A DNA stretch of 24,000 nucleotides from Acinetobacter phage Herod. The notes below the pieces were generated by a model. The model had not been told where the DNA came from, ran no database searches, and saw only the letters and a list, made by a program, of their open reading frames with translations. The stretch is from the sequence record MW316732.1; one strand, written 5' to 3'. Below, piece after piece: positions 13,188-22,481 of the stretch (its first letter is position 1; each line of letters begins with the position of its first letter). A program made the position numbers and the translations under genes.

Positions 13188-13682
13188 ATGGAAGAAATTT
13201 GGAAGCCTGTTGAAGGTTTCGATGGCTATGAAGTTAGTGATTTGGGTCGTGTACGTAAGGTTGACGGAACTGTTGTTAATCTATTCAACCATCCACAAGG
13301 ATACCTAAAAGTAGCCCTTAAGGTTGCTGGCCAAAAGGTTAGTAAGAAGTACGTGCATAGGCTTGTAGCTGCTGCATTTATACCTAACCCAGACAACCTG
13401 CCTTATGTAAATCATAAGAATGGCAAGCAGTGGTGTAATGAGGTTGATAACCTTGAGTGGATATCCTCTAAAGATAACCATACACATGCTCGTGAGACTG
13501 GTCTTATTGACTATTACAAGTCACACCGAGTAGTTTCTGTCGAGGATGTACGATACATACGTAAGCATATAAAACCTTACGATAAAGAATTCGGTAATGG
13601 TGCTATTGCAAAGCGATTGGGCTTAAGCCGAGATCAAGTTACGGACATTGCCCTGTACAGGAATTACAAAGACGTGATATAG
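13188..13682 (+). CDS. Free-standing NUMOD4/HNH homing endonuclease
   Basis: MEEIWKPVEGFDGYEVSDLGRVRKVDGTVV (NUMOD4), VHRLVAAAFIPNPDNLPYVNHKNGKQWCNEVDNLEWISSKDNHTHA (HNH), C-terminal HTH-like GAIAKRLGLSRDQVTDI; RBS before 13188. Confidence 0.9.
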   Translation: MEEIWKPVEGFDGYEVSDLGRVRKVDGTVVNLFNHPQGYLKVALKVAGQKVSKKYVHRLVAAAFIPNPDNLPYVNHKNGKQWCNEVDNLEWISSKDNHTHARETGLIDYYKSHRVVSVEDVRYIRKHIKPYDKEFGNGAIAKRLGLSRDQVTDIALYRNYKDVI

Positions 13683-13691
13683 GAGGTATTA

Positions 13692-13773
13692 ATGTCGAAT
13701 ATATTTGCACCGTGTAGTCCAGTGCAAGCAAAGTTACTGCAAAGTGATGCAACAATTACAGTTTATGGTGGGT
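13692..13773 (+). CDS. terL: Terminase large subunit, exon 1
   Basis: AGGAGGT then ATG; MSNIFAPCSPVQAKLLQSDATITVYGG(S) reaches the first glycines of Walker A; reading on gives TGA inside the intron. Confidence 0.85.
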
Positions 13774-14086
13774 GAATATAGGCTCCTTTAAGTAGTAATA
13801 CTTATCGAATAACCTTGTGAAATGCTGGAAACCCCTTAGAGCCTTGAGTACCGAAGTGTAACAACCTTAAGGATTGGGCAATCAGCAGGGAAGCCTCTTA
13901 TTAGAGGAACCCTCAACGACTATCGAAAGGGTAACGAACCGAGTAGAGTAGGGGCAAGTGTCCCGAAGTGCAAGGCACCTCAAGTAGGTGAAGATATAGT
14001 CTGGACTCATGGGAAACCTTGAGCATGCAATTGGCTAATGTGCTGTTGCATGGGTTGGCTCTAACGAAGCCTTCTTAACACAATCA
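13774..14086 (+). other. Group I intron, td-like (IA2-like), ~313 nt, no internal ORF
   Basis: Core elements ATGCTGGAAACC, AATCAGCAGGGAAGCC, CAACGACTATC, AAGATATAGTC; P7 pairing GACTAT (13918-13923)/ATAGTC (13996-14001); P2-like hairpin AAGTA-gtaa-TACTT; splicing restores frame and Walker A. Confidence 0.88.
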
Positions 14087-15435
14087 CTATGGGGTCGGCA
14101 AAAACCTACGGAGGTCTACTAAGACACCTTCAATATGTAAGTAGTCCACATTATGTTGGTTACGTAATCCGTAAAAATGAAGTAGTTCTGAGGGCTGGTG
14201 GTGGTGCTTTTGAAGAAGCCAAAGCTTTATACAAGGCATTTGAGCCAAGAGTTAAAATCACAGAGAAACCTATGAGGTTTCGCTTTCCTTCTGGTGCTGT
14301 AATTAACTTTGCAGGTGCTGAAGATGAGAAAGCTATGGAAAAGTATCGTGGTCTTAACTTAACTGGTGTAATGGTCGATGAAGGTACACAGCTATCAGAA
14401 AGACAAATTTGGTTCTTAATCTCTCGTTTGCGTAACGGTAAAGATCCAAACATTATGCCAAATATATGGATTACATGTAACCCTGACCCTGATAGTTATT
14501 TGTTTGAATGGGTTAAGTGGTATTTATATCCTGTAGGGCATCCTCTTGCTGGAAGACCTGATAAAGATAAGAATGGATTAAAAAGATATTTCGTATCGAC
14601 TCCAGAAGGTTTAGTTTGGAGTGATAATGAACAGGAACTACTTGATAAGTATCCGCATTTATTTACAAAAGGGACTAGACCACTAAGTTTTAGATTTATT
14701 GGTGGTACAGTTTACGATAACCCACCTCTTCTTAAGAACTCACCTCAATATCTTCAAAACCTACTCCAACAGAAAGACCGAGTAGTGCGAGAACGTGAGT
14801 TGTACGGCAACTGGTTTGCACGTAGGGAAGATTCAAGTTACTTCAACAGGTCTTGGTGTGAGATAGTTGATAAGCCTCCTGGAAGGGTCCGTAAAAGGGT
14901 TCGTTCTTGGGACTTGGCTTTCACATTACCAACTGAGACAAACCCAAACCCCGATTATACCTGTGGTGTTCGTCTAAGTAAAGATGATGAAGGTACAATC
15001 TATGTTGAAGACATGGTTCTTGAAAGGGTTGGTTCTGGGCAAATTATTGAGTTAATTGCAAAGACTGGCCTAGAAGATGCCGAGATGTTTGGTGTTGTTG
15101 AAACAACAATCCCCCAAGATGCTGGTGGTATGGCTAAATTTGCAGCTAGGGATATGGCCTCTAAGCTAAGAGAGCATGGTGTATCTCCTATTGTAGTTCC
15201 TGTAGGTAATAAAGGCAAGCTCGTTCGTTTTATTCCATTCTCAGGTGCAGCACAAAATAAACATGTGAAGATTGTACGTGGTGATTGGAATGCAGCCTTC
15301 TTTCATCAGTTAGAAGCTTTTGGAAGTGGAAATAAGGCTGTGCACGATGATGCTGTCGATGCTGTTGCTGATGCTTATAAAAGAGTAGCAGAAAATAGAA
15401 CGATTGACTATGCCATCGACTTAGCAGTTTTATAA
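14087..15435 (+). CDS. terL: Terminase large subunit, exon 2
   Basis: CT-ATG-GGG-TCG-GCA-AAA-ACC...; with exon 1 gives VYGGSMGSAKTYGG, 476 aa in total; Walker B-like LTGVMVDEG and nuclease-domain motifs downstream. Confidence 0.9.
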
Positions 15436-15445
15436 AGGAGTAGTC

Positions 15446-16948
15446 ATGGCTATAAATGAAGTACAAACAGTTTCTGGTTTCAGTGATACTGGAATGGTTG
15501 TTAAAAAACGTGTTAGAAGAAAAAAACTTGACCCAGTAAACGTTGAGTTAGGTGTTCATGGTAATACCTTCAAGGATTTAACTGAAATGAATTGGGATGC
15601 TCTAACATACCCAACAAGCCTTGAAACATACAAATTAATGGGCAAACATTTAGTTATCTCTTCAGCACTTAATTTAATTTCAACCATGATGGCTAGGGTT
15701 CCTTGGAGAATTGAAGCTTACGAGCCTAAAGATGCTGATATAAAGAATGCTAAATTTATCACTGAAGTGTTTAATGACATGGATGAAGGTTGGCAGACTT
15801 TTATTTCAGAAGTATCAACAATGAACCAATATGGACATTCTGTTCATGAGATTGTTTTAAGATACAGAAGATTTGAGGAAGGTTCACGATACAATGATGG
15901 TAAGATTGGCCTAAAATATTTACCGATCAGATCACAACACAGTATTGCTGAATGGGTTTATGACCCTAATGGTAGAACCTTGCTAGGTATTACTCAGAAG
16001 ATTCCTCAAACTAAAAAATATATGGGTTATAAAGAAAAAGAAATCTTTATTCCTATTGAAAGTCTCTTAATTTTCAGAGTTAATCCTCAAGATGGTAGCC
16101 CTATTGGGACAAGCCCTTTAGATGGATGTTACAGTGCTTGGAGATACTTGGTAACTTATCAAGAAATTGAAGGTACAACTGTTAGTAAAAACCTTAACGG
16201 TGTGGGTATTTTTAAAATCCCATCTAAGTATATGGCTGAACATGCCACTCCAGCAGACCGAAAGGTTTATGAGAATGCAAAACGTATTGTTTCTAATGTG
16301 AACAATGGTGAGCAAGCTGGTATGGTTATCCCTTCAGATTTTGATGAAGTTAGTGGTAAGCCTTACTTTGGTTTTGAAGTTATTAACTCTACAGCATCTA
16401 ATACATCTGTTACAGGTGAGATTGTTAAAAGATACACCAATGAAATTCTTCAATGCTTGAGTGCAGATTTATTACAACTTGGTTCTACCAATACTGGTTC
16501 TTACTCTCTTGCCGATAGTAAAACTTCTCTAGTAGAAACTGTAGTTGAATCTCGTATGATGGTTATTAAAGAATTAATGAATAGGAAGTTAATTCCAATC
16601 ATTGCAGAAGCTAATGGTATGGATTTAGAAAGACTACCTAAATTTGAATTTGGTGATATCTCTAGACCAGACCTTGAGACTTTCGCTAAGGCAATCCAAC
16701 AACTTACTGCTGTTAATATGGTATATCGCTCAGCACGTAATGTCAACAGAATTGCAGAGATTCTAAGTCTTCCTGACATGGTTGACCCTGATATCTCTAA
16801 AGAGGAACTTGACAAGTTACTTGGTGTTGACCAAGAAATGCAAAGTAAGAGTGGTAAAGGTTACGCTTCTGATACTGGTGGACTTAATGGAACATCAAAT
16901 AAAGTAGCCAAGAAGGATAACTCAGCAAATAATTTACAAAATAAGTGA
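15446..16948 (+). CDS. Portal protein
   Basis: 500 aa; KLMGKHLVISSALNLISTMMARVPWRIEAYEP...EEGSRYNDGKIGLKYLPIRSQHSI typical of phage portal proteins; position after terL. Confidence 0.85.
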   Translation: MAINEVQTVSGFSDTGMVVKKRVRRKKLDPVNVELGVHGNTFKDLTEMNWDALTYPTSLETYKLMGKHLVISSALNLISTMMARVPWRIEAYEPKDADIKNAKFITEVFNDMDEGWQTFISEVSTMNQYGHSVHEIVLRYRRFEEGSRYNDGKIGLKYLPIRSQHSIAEWVYDPNGRTLLGITQKIPQTKKYMGYKEKEIFIPIESLLIFRVNPQDGSPIGTSPLDGCYSAWRYLVTYQEIEGTTVSKNLNGVGIFKIPSKYMAEHATPADRKVYENAKRIVSNVNNGEQAGMVIPSDFDEVSGKPYFGFEVINSTASNTSVTGEIVKRYTNEILQCLSADLLQLGSTNTGSYSLADSKTSLVETVVESRMMVIKELMNRKLIPIIAEANGMDLERLPKFEFGDISRPDLETFAKAIQQLTAVNMVYRSARNVNRIAEILSLPDMVDPDISKEELDKLLGVDQEMQSKSGKGYASDTGGLNGTSNKVAKKDNSANNLQNK

Positions 16949-16955
16949 GGTACTA

Positions 16956-18530
16956 ATGTCAAGAGCACACAGTATTATGCGCTTGAGTGAATCTGTTTTC
17001 AATACCCCACAATACATGCTTCCAGAGCACTTTGAAAAGCTTACCAGTTATATGATTGATCGTAACACTGGTAAGTTAGCTTGGCAAGTAGATATTGGTG
17101 CTGAAAAAGAAAGAGCAGCAAAAGAAAAAGCTGAAAAGGACAAAGACAAGGTTCTAGCCTTAGATCCAGTTAAAGCAAATTCATTCAAACGACCTGACTT
17201 CTCACAGTATCCAGAAGAAACTCGTGAGCAAGCTCGACAAGATTATTATGACTTCATTCAATATGACCCTAAGAATAAATTAGGTGTTTTAAATATTGAA
17301 GGTACGACTGTTTACAGAAGTACCCCCTTCGAGGCTATGTGTGGGATGACCTCTTACCAAAGACTCGAACGTACTATCAAGGCACAAATAGCAGAGGGTG
17401 CTAAAACCATCCTCATGTATGTTGATAGTGGAGGTGGTGAAGCATTCGGAAATATTGAAACAGCAGTTAACTTGAGAAATATTGCAGATGCATCTGGGGC
17501 TAAATTAATAGCCTATATCGATGGTAAATCTGCTTCAGCAGCTTATGCTTTATCAGCAGTTGCTCATACAGTGGTAGCAAATCCAGACTCAGAAGTGGGT
17601 TCAATTGGGGTTGTTGCTTCACTGATTGAGGATACCTCAAAAGAAGAAGGTATACAAACAATCACACTATTTAGAGGTGATAACAAAGTAGCAACTGATG
17701 ATGAAGGACGTTTTAAAGAAGGCTTCATTCAGAGAGTGAACAATACACTTGATCGTTTGTATGGTGTATTCACAGGCCACGTAGCTAAGTACAGAAATAT
17801 GGATGTCAAGGATGTTGTAGCAACACAAGCTTCTATGTATACCGCAGAGAAAGCCCTAGAGGTTGGCTTGGTGGATGTATTGATGACTCGTGCAGATTTC
17901 TTTGGTGATTACCTTCCAAGACAAACCCAAAGAGTTAACTCTTTAAGTTTCAGTCCGTTTGCTGAAACTACCAAGTTCAAAACAACATGTGAGGATGTAA
18001 AACAAATGGACGTAAAAGATTTAGATTTAAACCAAAAAGATAATCCAGAAGTAGTAACCCTGCAAAAATCTGAATATGAAGATTTGATGACTAAGGTTTC
18101 TGCTAGTGATGAACAAATTAAATTGGCTATTGATGCTGCATTAGCTGAACAGGCTGATACACACCAACAAGCACTTCAAGCATTACAAGCTGACTTAGCA
18201 CAAAAAGAAGTTGACTTACAAGCTTTAACTGAACGTGCACAACTAGCTGAACAAAGTTTAATTGATCTAAAACATGAAACTTTAATGGCTGACCGCAGAG
18301 AAAAACTTGAGAAAGTTCTTGCAGTTGACCAAGTAGAAGGTGCAATGCAACTGGCTGCTACATTTAGTGATGAGCAATTCGAAGCTTATCATGCAACACT
18401 TTCAAGTGTTTACCAAAAATCAAAAGACAGTCTTAAAGAGAAGGGTACAAAGGCAAATGATGAAGAGCCTACCAAAGATTATTCTTCTATTTTAGGTGCT
18501 GCAATTCAAAAACACAATCAATCTCGATAA
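16956..18530 (+). CDS. S49 (SppA)-like prohead protease fused to a coiled-coil scaffold domain
   Basis: ILMYVDSGGGEAFGNIETAVNL...AYIDGKSASAAYALSAVAHTVVANPDSEVGSIGVVA, then a Gln/Glu-rich coiled-coil C-terminus. Confidence 0.85.
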   Translation: MSRAHSIMRLSESVFNTPQYMLPEHFEKLTSYMIDRNTGKLAWQVDIGAEKERAAKEKAEKDKDKVLALDPVKANSFKRPDFSQYPEETREQARQDYYDFIQYDPKNKLGVLNIEGTTVYRSTPFEAMCGMTSYQRLERTIKAQIAEGAKTILMYVDSGGGEAFGNIETAVNLRNIADASGAKLIAYIDGKSASAAYALSAVAHTVVANPDSEVGSIGVVASLIEDTSKEEGIQTITLFRGDNKVATDDEGRFKEGFIQRVNNTLDRLYGVFTGHVAKYRNMDVKDVVATQASMYTAEKALEVGLVDVLMTRADFFGDYLPRQTQRVNSLSFSPFAETTKFKTTCEDVKQMDVKDLDLNQKDNPEVVTLQKSEYEDLMTKVSASDEQIKLAIDAALAEQADTHQQALQALQADLAQKEVDLQALTERAQLAEQSLIDLKHETLMADRREKLEKVLAVDQVEGAMQLAATFSDEQFEAYHATLSSVYQKSKDSLKEKGTKANDEEPTKDYSSILGAAIQKHNQSR

Positions 18531-18548
18531 TTAGAGGAAGTTCAACAT

Positions 18549-19013
18549 ATGGCAACTTTAGATTTAAATGCATTGTTTAATCTTGGTCACACCGAGTTTT
18601 CTGATGTTTTCCAGACTGAAGCTGGTACAACTATTGGTTATGTTCGTAAGAACATCACAGTAACAGGTACGGCTGGTACAACTTTACAAATCGGTCACAT
18701 CTTACAAGATAATGGAGATGGTACTGCCACAATCCCTGCAACTACAGCTTCAATTACAAACCCTGTAATTTACTGTGGTGATGACCCTTACAAACAACAA
18801 GCTGATGGTAAGCGTGACTGGAATTCAAATACAACTGTATTCACAGCAGATAACCTTACACAAGATGTTGTAGTTGTTTATCGTGGTCGTGTTGGTGTAG
18901 GTACATCTTACCTAGTATTCCCTGCCGATGTAACTCCAACTACTCGTGCAGCAGTTTACAAAGCTCTTGACGACAAAGGCTTCAAGATCATCAGACAAAT
19001 CGCTAAATACTAA
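18549..19013 (+). CDS. Head decoration protein (lambda gpD-like)
   Basis: 154 aa; small beta-rich protein between protease/scaffold and major capsid genes. Confidence 0.7.
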   Translation: MATLDLNALFNLGHTEFSDVFQTEAGTTIGYVRKNITVTGTAGTTLQIGHILQDNGDGTATIPATTASITNPVIYCGDDPYKQQADGKRDWNSNTTVFTADNLTQDVVVVYRGRVGVGTSYLVFPADVTPTTRAAVYKALDDKGFKIIRQIAKY

Positions 19014-19058
19014 TTTTAAGATATTTACGAAAAATAGTCAAAAGGAATTGATGGTGGG

Positions 19059-19088
19059 TGGGATGAATTTGTTTCGCCACTCATCCCA
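19059..19088. promoter_or_regulatory. Hairpin between decoration and major capsid genes
   Basis: TGGGATGA / TCATCCCA, 14-nt loop, no T-tract. Confidence 0.5.
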
Positions 19089-19118
19089 TAACACTTTCAA
19101 ATATGAGGAATTTATAAT

Positions 19119-20189
19119 ATGCCAACTATTCGCAATCCATTAGATTTCAGCACTACTCTTGATCTTACTGATGCTATTAATGAGATCGTACCAGAGTATG
19201 GTGCTTTTAACAACTCTGGATTATTTAATAAACGTGGTACAACTCAGGAAGCTGTACTTTACGAAATCAACCAAGGCGCTCGTAGCTCAATGGTTGGTAC
19301 AACTTCTCGTAGAGAACGTAACACTGTTAAAGACGCTCGTGGGCGTGTTAAACAACAAGCTCTCTACATTCCTTACATCAAACACAGCGCACAAATCGCT
19401 CGTGAAGATGTAGCGTATGTTGTACGTGACTGGAAAGAGCTTACTGTTGAATCAGTAACAGAGTTGTACGTAGACAAGCTTGCAAGCTTACGTAGAAACT
19501 TAGAGCAATCTCATGAATATATGGCTGTAACAGCTACACAAGGTATCACTCGTGATCCTCTAGATGGTTCTGTGATTGTTGACATGTTCGCTATCAATGG
19601 CGTTACGCAAACAGTTCATACTTGGAACTTCACTGACCCTAACTTCGACCTTATTGGTGCGATTCGTAAGTTAAAAACTGACTTAACTCGTGCTAACCTT
19701 TGGGGTGGTGTGATTCAGTCAGTGGACGTACCAGTAGGTGAAGCGTTGTTTAATGCTATCGTAACACACCCTCAATTAGCTGAACTTTATGTTCTTGCTA
19801 TGACTGGTCGTGGTCAAGAGGCAATCAACAACTCTCGTCCTTGGGCGACAGAAACAATGACTCGTTACGGTATTGCTTCTACGTTTACATTTGATGGTGT
19901 ACGTTTCATGACTTACCCTTCAACATTCCGTACAGAGCAAGGTGACTTGATTGAACCTATCGCTAATAACGAAGGTCACACAATTGTACGTGGTTTATCT
20001 GGTATGTATGAAGCTCGCTTCGCTCCAGACAACAACCTTGACACAATTGGTCAAGTAGGTCAAGAGATTTTCGCATGGCGTACTCCATTGATCGAACGTC
20101 ACCACTTCGAAATCATCACTGAAACAAGCCCAATCTACTTCGCTACACATCCTGAGTTAATCTTCAAGATCGTAGGTACATTGGCTTAA
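19119..20189 (+). CDS. Major capsid protein (lambda gpE-like family)
   Basis: NPLDFSTTLDLTDAINEIVPEYGAFNNSGLFNKRGTTQEAVLYEINQG... and gene order. ATG at 19119 or an in-frame ATG further down; 356 aa as given. Confidence 0.85.
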   Translation: MPTIRNPLDFSTTLDLTDAINEIVPEYGAFNNSGLFNKRGTTQEAVLYEINQGARSSMVGTTSRRERNTVKDARGRVKQQALYIPYIKHSAQIAREDVAYVVRDWKELTVESVTELYVDKLASLRRNLEQSHEYMAVTATQGITRDPLDGSVIVDMFAINGVTQTVHTWNFTDPNFDLIGAIRKLKTDLTRANLWGGVIQSVDVPVGEALFNAIVTHPQLAELYVLAMTGRGQEAINNSRPWATETMTRYGIASTFTFDGVRFMTYPSTFRTEQGDLIEPIANNEGHTIVRGLSGMYEARFAPDNNLDTIGQVGQEIFAWRTPLIERHHFEIITETSPIYFATHPELIFKIVGTLA

Positions 20190-20208
20190 TCAGTCAAATG
20201 AATAACCT

Positions 20209-20236
20209 TCTAGGCTGTCTTTCTAGGTAGCCTAGA
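20209..20236. promoter_or_regulatory. Hairpin downstream of the major capsid gene
   Basis: TCTAGGCT / AGCCTAGA perfect 8-bp stem, 12-nt loop, no clear T-tract. Confidence 0.5.
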
Positions 20237-20306
20237 TAACTTTATCTAAAGGCATTTCATAAGGTTTAGAGATGTTTTTACATAAAGTTATTTCTAGGAG
20301 AATGTA

Positions 20307-20855
20307 ATGACATTTACATATACAGGCGATCCATCAAACAACAAAATCGATGAGCTTAGATTACTCTTAGGTGACTTAGATGAAAGACAACCAATCTACC
20401 AAGATGAAGAGATTCAATACTTTTTAGATCAAGCTGATGGTAACGTGAAGGTAGCCTTCTACTTAGCTATTGGTGCTATGATTCCAAAGTTTACCCGAAT
20501 GGCTAGAGAAAGGGCTGGACAAATCGAAGTCTATGCTGGTGATTACTTCAACCACTACTTACAGTGGATTAAGATGTTAATGAAGCCAACTTCACCATCA
20601 TTCCAGTTAAGAGAAGACGCTCTTTTCTACGGTGGTATTGAGAAGGCTCAGTCACAGCAATACTTCCTAGACCCTTCTATTGTTGCACAACCATTCTATA
20701 GAGGACAATTCTTCAGAATGCCAACTATGATGGGATATCGTAGATTAACCCCTACGGGATTCGCTGAAGTTGATGAAAGTGGAAGACTTTTAGGTTTTGT
20801 GAGAGATGTAGCACTACCAGCAGTTATTGATGATTCTGATGTGCCAAATCCTTAA
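20307..20855 (+). CDS. Head-tail connector / adaptor-like protein
   Basis: 182 aa; IDELRLLLGDLDERQPIYQDEEIQYFLDQADGNVKVAFYLAIGAM and position after capsid. Confidence 0.6.
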   Translation: MTFTYTGDPSNNKIDELRLLLGDLDERQPIYQDEEIQYFLDQADGNVKVAFYLAIGAMIPKFTRMARERAGQIEVYAGDYFNHYLQWIKMLMKPTSPSFQLREDALFYGGIEKAQSQQYFLDPSIVAQPFYRGQFFRMPTMMGYRRLTPTGFAEVDESGRLLGFVRDVALPAVIDDSDVPNP

Positions 20856-20864
20856 GGAGTAAGT

Positions 20865-21470
20865 ATGGCTAGGGGTGGATTACCTGAATGGCAAAAGGCT
20901 AGATACAGAACAACATATGCTGGAAAGAAAGCCTATACGGTTAGACATAAGAACCTAACCATGCATGTGAATACTGAAAAGTTAGAAGCCTTGAAAGGTG
21001 AACTTGTTAACCTATCTCTTCAACATGTACGTTACGGTATTGTGGATGATAATAGATACCCTACAAGTGACCCTAGAGGTAGAGGTGGGATGTATGTAGC
21101 AACCATTTGGAAGCGTCTTGAGTTTGGTTCAGTAGATGAGATCAATGGTAAAGCCAGAGTTATTCCACCACGACCAACATTTACACAACATGTGCACACT
21201 GGTGGTAAAGGTACAGCAAAACTTGTAATGATGGATATCATGCACGATGTCTTTACAGGTAAATCTGTTAGGGATAAAGCATGGGTGAAGTTAGGTTTAG
21301 CAATGCAATCTCGTCTTAAATTCGATGTAATGACTCAGAAAGGTTTTGTTCCATTGAAGTTACCTAGTTGGTCCGATAGATCCCCAACAGACTTCTATAA
21401 TGATACAGGTCATTTAATTAGAAGTATTTCTTATCGAATTATGCCTATAGGTTTAGATTTTAGCAAGTGA
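20865..21470 (+). CDS. Structural protein, possible tail completion / minor tail protein
   Basis: 201 aa ORF in the head-tail joining module. Confidence 0.5.
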   Translation: MARGGLPEWQKARYRTTYAGKKAYTVRHKNLTMHVNTEKLEALKGELVNLSLQHVRYGIVDDNRYPTSDPRGRGGMYVATIWKRLEFGSVDEINGKARVIPPRPTFTQHVHTGGKGTAKLVMMDIMHDVFTGKSVRDKAWVKLGLAMQSRLKFDVMTQKGFVPLKLPSWSDRSPTDFYNDTGHLIRSISYRIMPIGLDFSK

Positions 21471-21488
21471 TTTAGTGGAGATTAAAAT

Positions 21489-21899
21489 ATGGAAATTATG
21501 CCACTATCATCACCTACAGGGCGTGTCAATTTAAAAGTATTGAGACATGTTGGTGGGTATTACGATGAAGATGGGATGTGGGTTGGTGGTCAATATCAAG
21601 AGATTTCTGTTATTGCCAATGTTCAACCAGCTAACAGATGGAACGTACAACAACAATTAAAAGAAGGGGACAGACAGAAAGATACAATCTTAGTTCTCTG
21701 TTACGACAATCTTGTCAAGGCAGATGATAGGGCTGATCCTTCAGGGAATCCTCAAGTTAAAACCAAAGCTGATATTGTTGTCTGGAAAGATAAATACTAT
21801 GAGGTAAAAACAGCAGAACCTTATGAAATGGGTGTGCTCAATCACTGTGAATGTATTTGTGTAAGGCTAGATGATGAATCACCATTTATTGGAGGTTAA
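21489..21899 (+). CDS. Head closure / neck-like protein
   Basis: 136 aa ORF in the head-tail joining module. Confidence 0.45.
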   Translation: MEIMPLSSPTGRVNLKVLRHVGGYYDEDGMWVGGQYQEISVIANVQPANRWNVQQQLKEGDRQKDTILVLCYDNLVKADDRADPSGNPQVKTKADIVVWKDKYYEVKTAEPYEMGVLNHCECICVRLDDESPFIGG

Positions 21900-21901
21900 T
21901 C

Positions 21902-22468
21902 ATGCAAGACAGAAGACAATTCTCAAGAGCATTTAGAGAGTTGATGCCAGATGTACAGTTCTACTGGTCTGGACAAGAAGGTGTAAAACTAACTCCCCCA
22001 ATGGTTCTATTTGATGTTTTAGCCGATGAAATTGTTGGTATGGGTGAAAAACCAACCTCAACCGCACCAAGAGATGTAGCTGGTGATACTGACTATGTTG
22101 GACGTTATGGGGAAACTAGAGAGGTAGTCGTTCGGGTTTCCTTTATAGGTAAATTTACTGATAGTACATATGCTAATTCCAGAAAGTTTATGGCAATCGT
22201 AAAAAGTTTTCAAGGAAGAAGTGCATTTTACCGACAGGGATTGTCTTTAGCAGGTGTCTCTCCGATGAGGCCAGTTGATGTTTCTACAAAGACTACAGCC
22301 TATACAAACAACTATGTGGATCTTACCCTTAGATATAAATCAATCTTTGAATTTAATTTAGAGCCTATTGAAGAAGTAGAAGTGAGCCATGTTCTCACTA
22401 TTGACGAAGATTTAGGGACTCCAGAACCTGACTACACAATAACAGGTACAAACACTATCACCAGATAA
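21902..22468 (+). CDS. Neck / tail terminator-like protein
   Basis: 188 aa; ...YGETREVVVRVSFIGKFTDSTYANSRKFMAIVKSF... directly before the sheath gene. Confidence 0.55.
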   Translation: MQDRRQFSRAFRELMPDVQFYWSGQEGVKLTPPMVLFDVLADEIVGMGEKPTSTAPRDVAGDTDYVGRYGETREVVVRVSFIGKFTDSTYANSRKFMAIVKSFQGRSAFYRQGLSLAGVSPMRPVDVSTKTTAYTNNYVDLTLRYKSIFEFNLEPIEEVEVSHVLTIDEDLGTPEPDYTITGTNTITR

Positions 22469-22481
22469 AAGAGGAAGAAAA

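Noticed and set aside
14089-14091. ATG 14089 as the genuine terL start codon
   Set aside because: Would omit half of Walker A and the N-terminus; exon 1 with its own RBS and the intron core explain the upstream sequence better.
14160-16815. Minus-strand ORFs within terL and portal genes
   Set aside because: Antisense to strongly supported conserved genes; no sign of a separate coding signal.
18127-18345. Minus/plus Gln/Leu-rich short ORF in the scaffold region
   Set aside because: Product of repetitive coiled-coil codons read in another frame.
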